The notes beneath the pieces are model-generated. The model was given only the letters and a program-made list of their open reading frames with translations. It made no database searches and was not told the DNA's origin. A DNA stretch of 63,785 nt, the filler included, from Octopus bimaculoides (taxonomy: Eukaryota): NCBI RefSeq assembly GCF_001194135.2. It is 5 parts of 4 records of this genome, joined end to end, with 100 filler letters (N's around TTAATTAATTAA, not from the genome) between each part and the next. Parts side by side here need not be neighbours in the genome. Positions count along the whole stretch, not along the records: positions 62,380 to 63,785 come from NC_068984.1; 4 more parts are not named here. One strand, given 5' to 3'. Shown here one piece after another: positions 62,280-63,785 of the stretch; within the stretch, counting starts at the first letter, position 1; every line of letters starts with the position of its first letter. Made by a program: the position numbers and the translations under genes.

Positions 62280-62323
62280 NNNNNNNNNNNNNNNNNNNNN
62301 NNNNNNNNNNNNNNNNNNNNNNN

Positions 62324-62335
62324 TTAATTAATTAA
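62324..62335. other. Artificial scaffold linker
   Basis: 44N-TTAATTAATTAA-44N. Confidence 0.95.
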
Positions 62336-62379
62336 NNNNNNNNNNNNNNNNNNNNNNNNNNNNNNNNNNNNNNNNNNNN

Positions 62380-62412
<33 letters not shown>

Positions 62413-62867
62413 CTATGTATCACTGTAAATATATGTGTGTATATATATGTATGTATTACACATGTATATACACATCTACTTGTAAATCTATGGATATTAT
62501 CTCCCTCCTCGTGTACACATATACATGCATACACACACACACACATCACACAAGTCTTTAACATCCTTTATCGTATTTGTTGGTATTTTCGGTACATTGT
62601 ATCTTCAGGCATTGCTTCTCCTACAATATTAGCCCAGTATTATACTAATATATTCACTCTCTCTCTCACCAGCTCTATCTCTCTAGCTGAACACACACGG
62701 GCGCACGCACTCACACACATACATACACATACGTATTCGTTTGCTTCATTTTCCGTTTTGACTACTATTCATATGGGATGGACATTATTCTTCATACTAG
62801 TCAGGGATGTCTACAATTTATCCTTGTTGGGCAAGCCCCGTTTCTTTCGAGATTGCGACATATATTA

Positions 62868-63335
62868 TCTATATATATCTTAAAAAACAAAGTTTGTGTT
62901 TGTGTATGTATGTTCCTTATGCATTTGAAAACTTAGTTGACGATTTCAACATATAGGGTATCAAAAAATTTAGTAATCTTTCGGCTACCATATAAACTTT
63001 ATTTTAATTTACATATTTACATTACAAAAATTTAACATTATAATCTTTGTATAAGTCATCAGAAGCTTCAAGTATACATTGGATTCTGCACCACCCTCTG
63101 AATACAAGATTGATCCAGACAAAAAGCATATTGCCGAGCACAGAGGCCGCTACAATGCCCCTTCTGAAATACCAGCAATTTATACAGGCGACGAGTATGG
63201 GAGGAGAGATATTATTATTCACGGAAGAGGAAATAAGATTCAGCGGATAAATGCAACCCTCCGATCATATGATGCACTCCAGTATCCATTAATCTGTGTA
63301 TTTGGCCAAGATAGATACACTTTTGTATATAAAAA
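62868..63335 (+). mobile_element. Helitron 5' end plus RepHel N-terminal remnant
   Basis: A|TCTATATATAT 5' terminus; EHRGRYNAPSEI..., GRRDIIIHGRGNKIQRINATLRSYDALQYPLI..GQDRYTF matches the Helitron pre-Rep RYNAP/RDI/SYDALQYPL pattern. Confidence 0.8.
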
Positions 63336-63414
63336 AAACAGATACGTAATTTCCTTCAGCATATGTAATAGAATTTATCTCCCTTCATAAACGTGGTAAA
63401 TTTTATATTTTCGT

Positions 63415-63785
63415 TTATTATTATTATTATTGTTCAGTAGTTTTATTTTTATAACGTCCTTTCACTTCACTACCGAGCGCAGCTCTGTGCGCCTTGGGTA
63501 TGTGCTGTGGTTTGCTGTGGTGCTCTTATGGTTACTGTATTGAAAGTGTTTTGCGTAGAATGTGTGCAGTACCCAGTAGTGCAATTTTCTGTATGTTATA
63601 TATATTTGTAAGTCCTGGTGTTTTTGTTATGTATTTGTCTGAATATTTTTTTATTATACCTAAGGCACCTACTATGATAGGAATTGTTTCTGTTTTTAGA
63701 ATCCACATTCGAGTTATCTCTATTTCCAGGTCTTTGTATTTTGAAAGTTTTTCCATTTCTTTTCGAGAAACGTTGTCATCTGCTG
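63415..63785 (-). mobile_element. R4/Dong-like LINE 3' end, family A (runs off the window)
   Basis: EKLSKYKDLEIEITRMW.LKTETIPIIVGALG...QKIALLGTAHILRKTLSIQ*, UTR and (TAA)n tail. Confidence 0.85.

Overview
Eukaryotic, AT-rich, gap-riddled genomic DNA. About a quarter is N, and four gaps carry artificial 100-bp scaffold linkers. The SINE complement and microsatellite load resemble an Octopus assembly (inference from recalled SINE families, not a database match). I could not recognise any host protein-coding exon; nearly all long ORFs in the track are N-run or microsatellite artefacts. The window is a mosaic of dead or fragmentary transposable elements: many tRNA-derived SINEs of several families, LINE fragments (CR1-clade, R4/Dong-like, RTE, Tx1/L1), Penelope-like element (PLE) RT remnants, a Gypsy protease remnant, a full-length Hsmar1-like mariner, a DD37D maT-type element, a Helitron piece and several MITEs. 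The most interesting signal is RNA-structural: four unrelated repeat families carry hammerhead-ribozyme (HHR) cores. These are (i) an intact type I HHR with an 84-nt rod-like stem II extension, (ii) a minimal dimer-type HHR with a family-fixed CUGUUGA core, (iii) a tRNA-headed SINE-like element carrying an HHR and a PLE-style inverted end, and (iv) a motif with all HHR strands present but in a non-canonical order. Also directly visible are a CR1 LINE/SINE pair sharing a covarying 3' stem-loop and R4/Dong-like LINE ends that abut (TAA)n tracts. All alignments, translations and folds were done by eye; family names are recalled and need Dfam/Repbase/Rfam confirmation.
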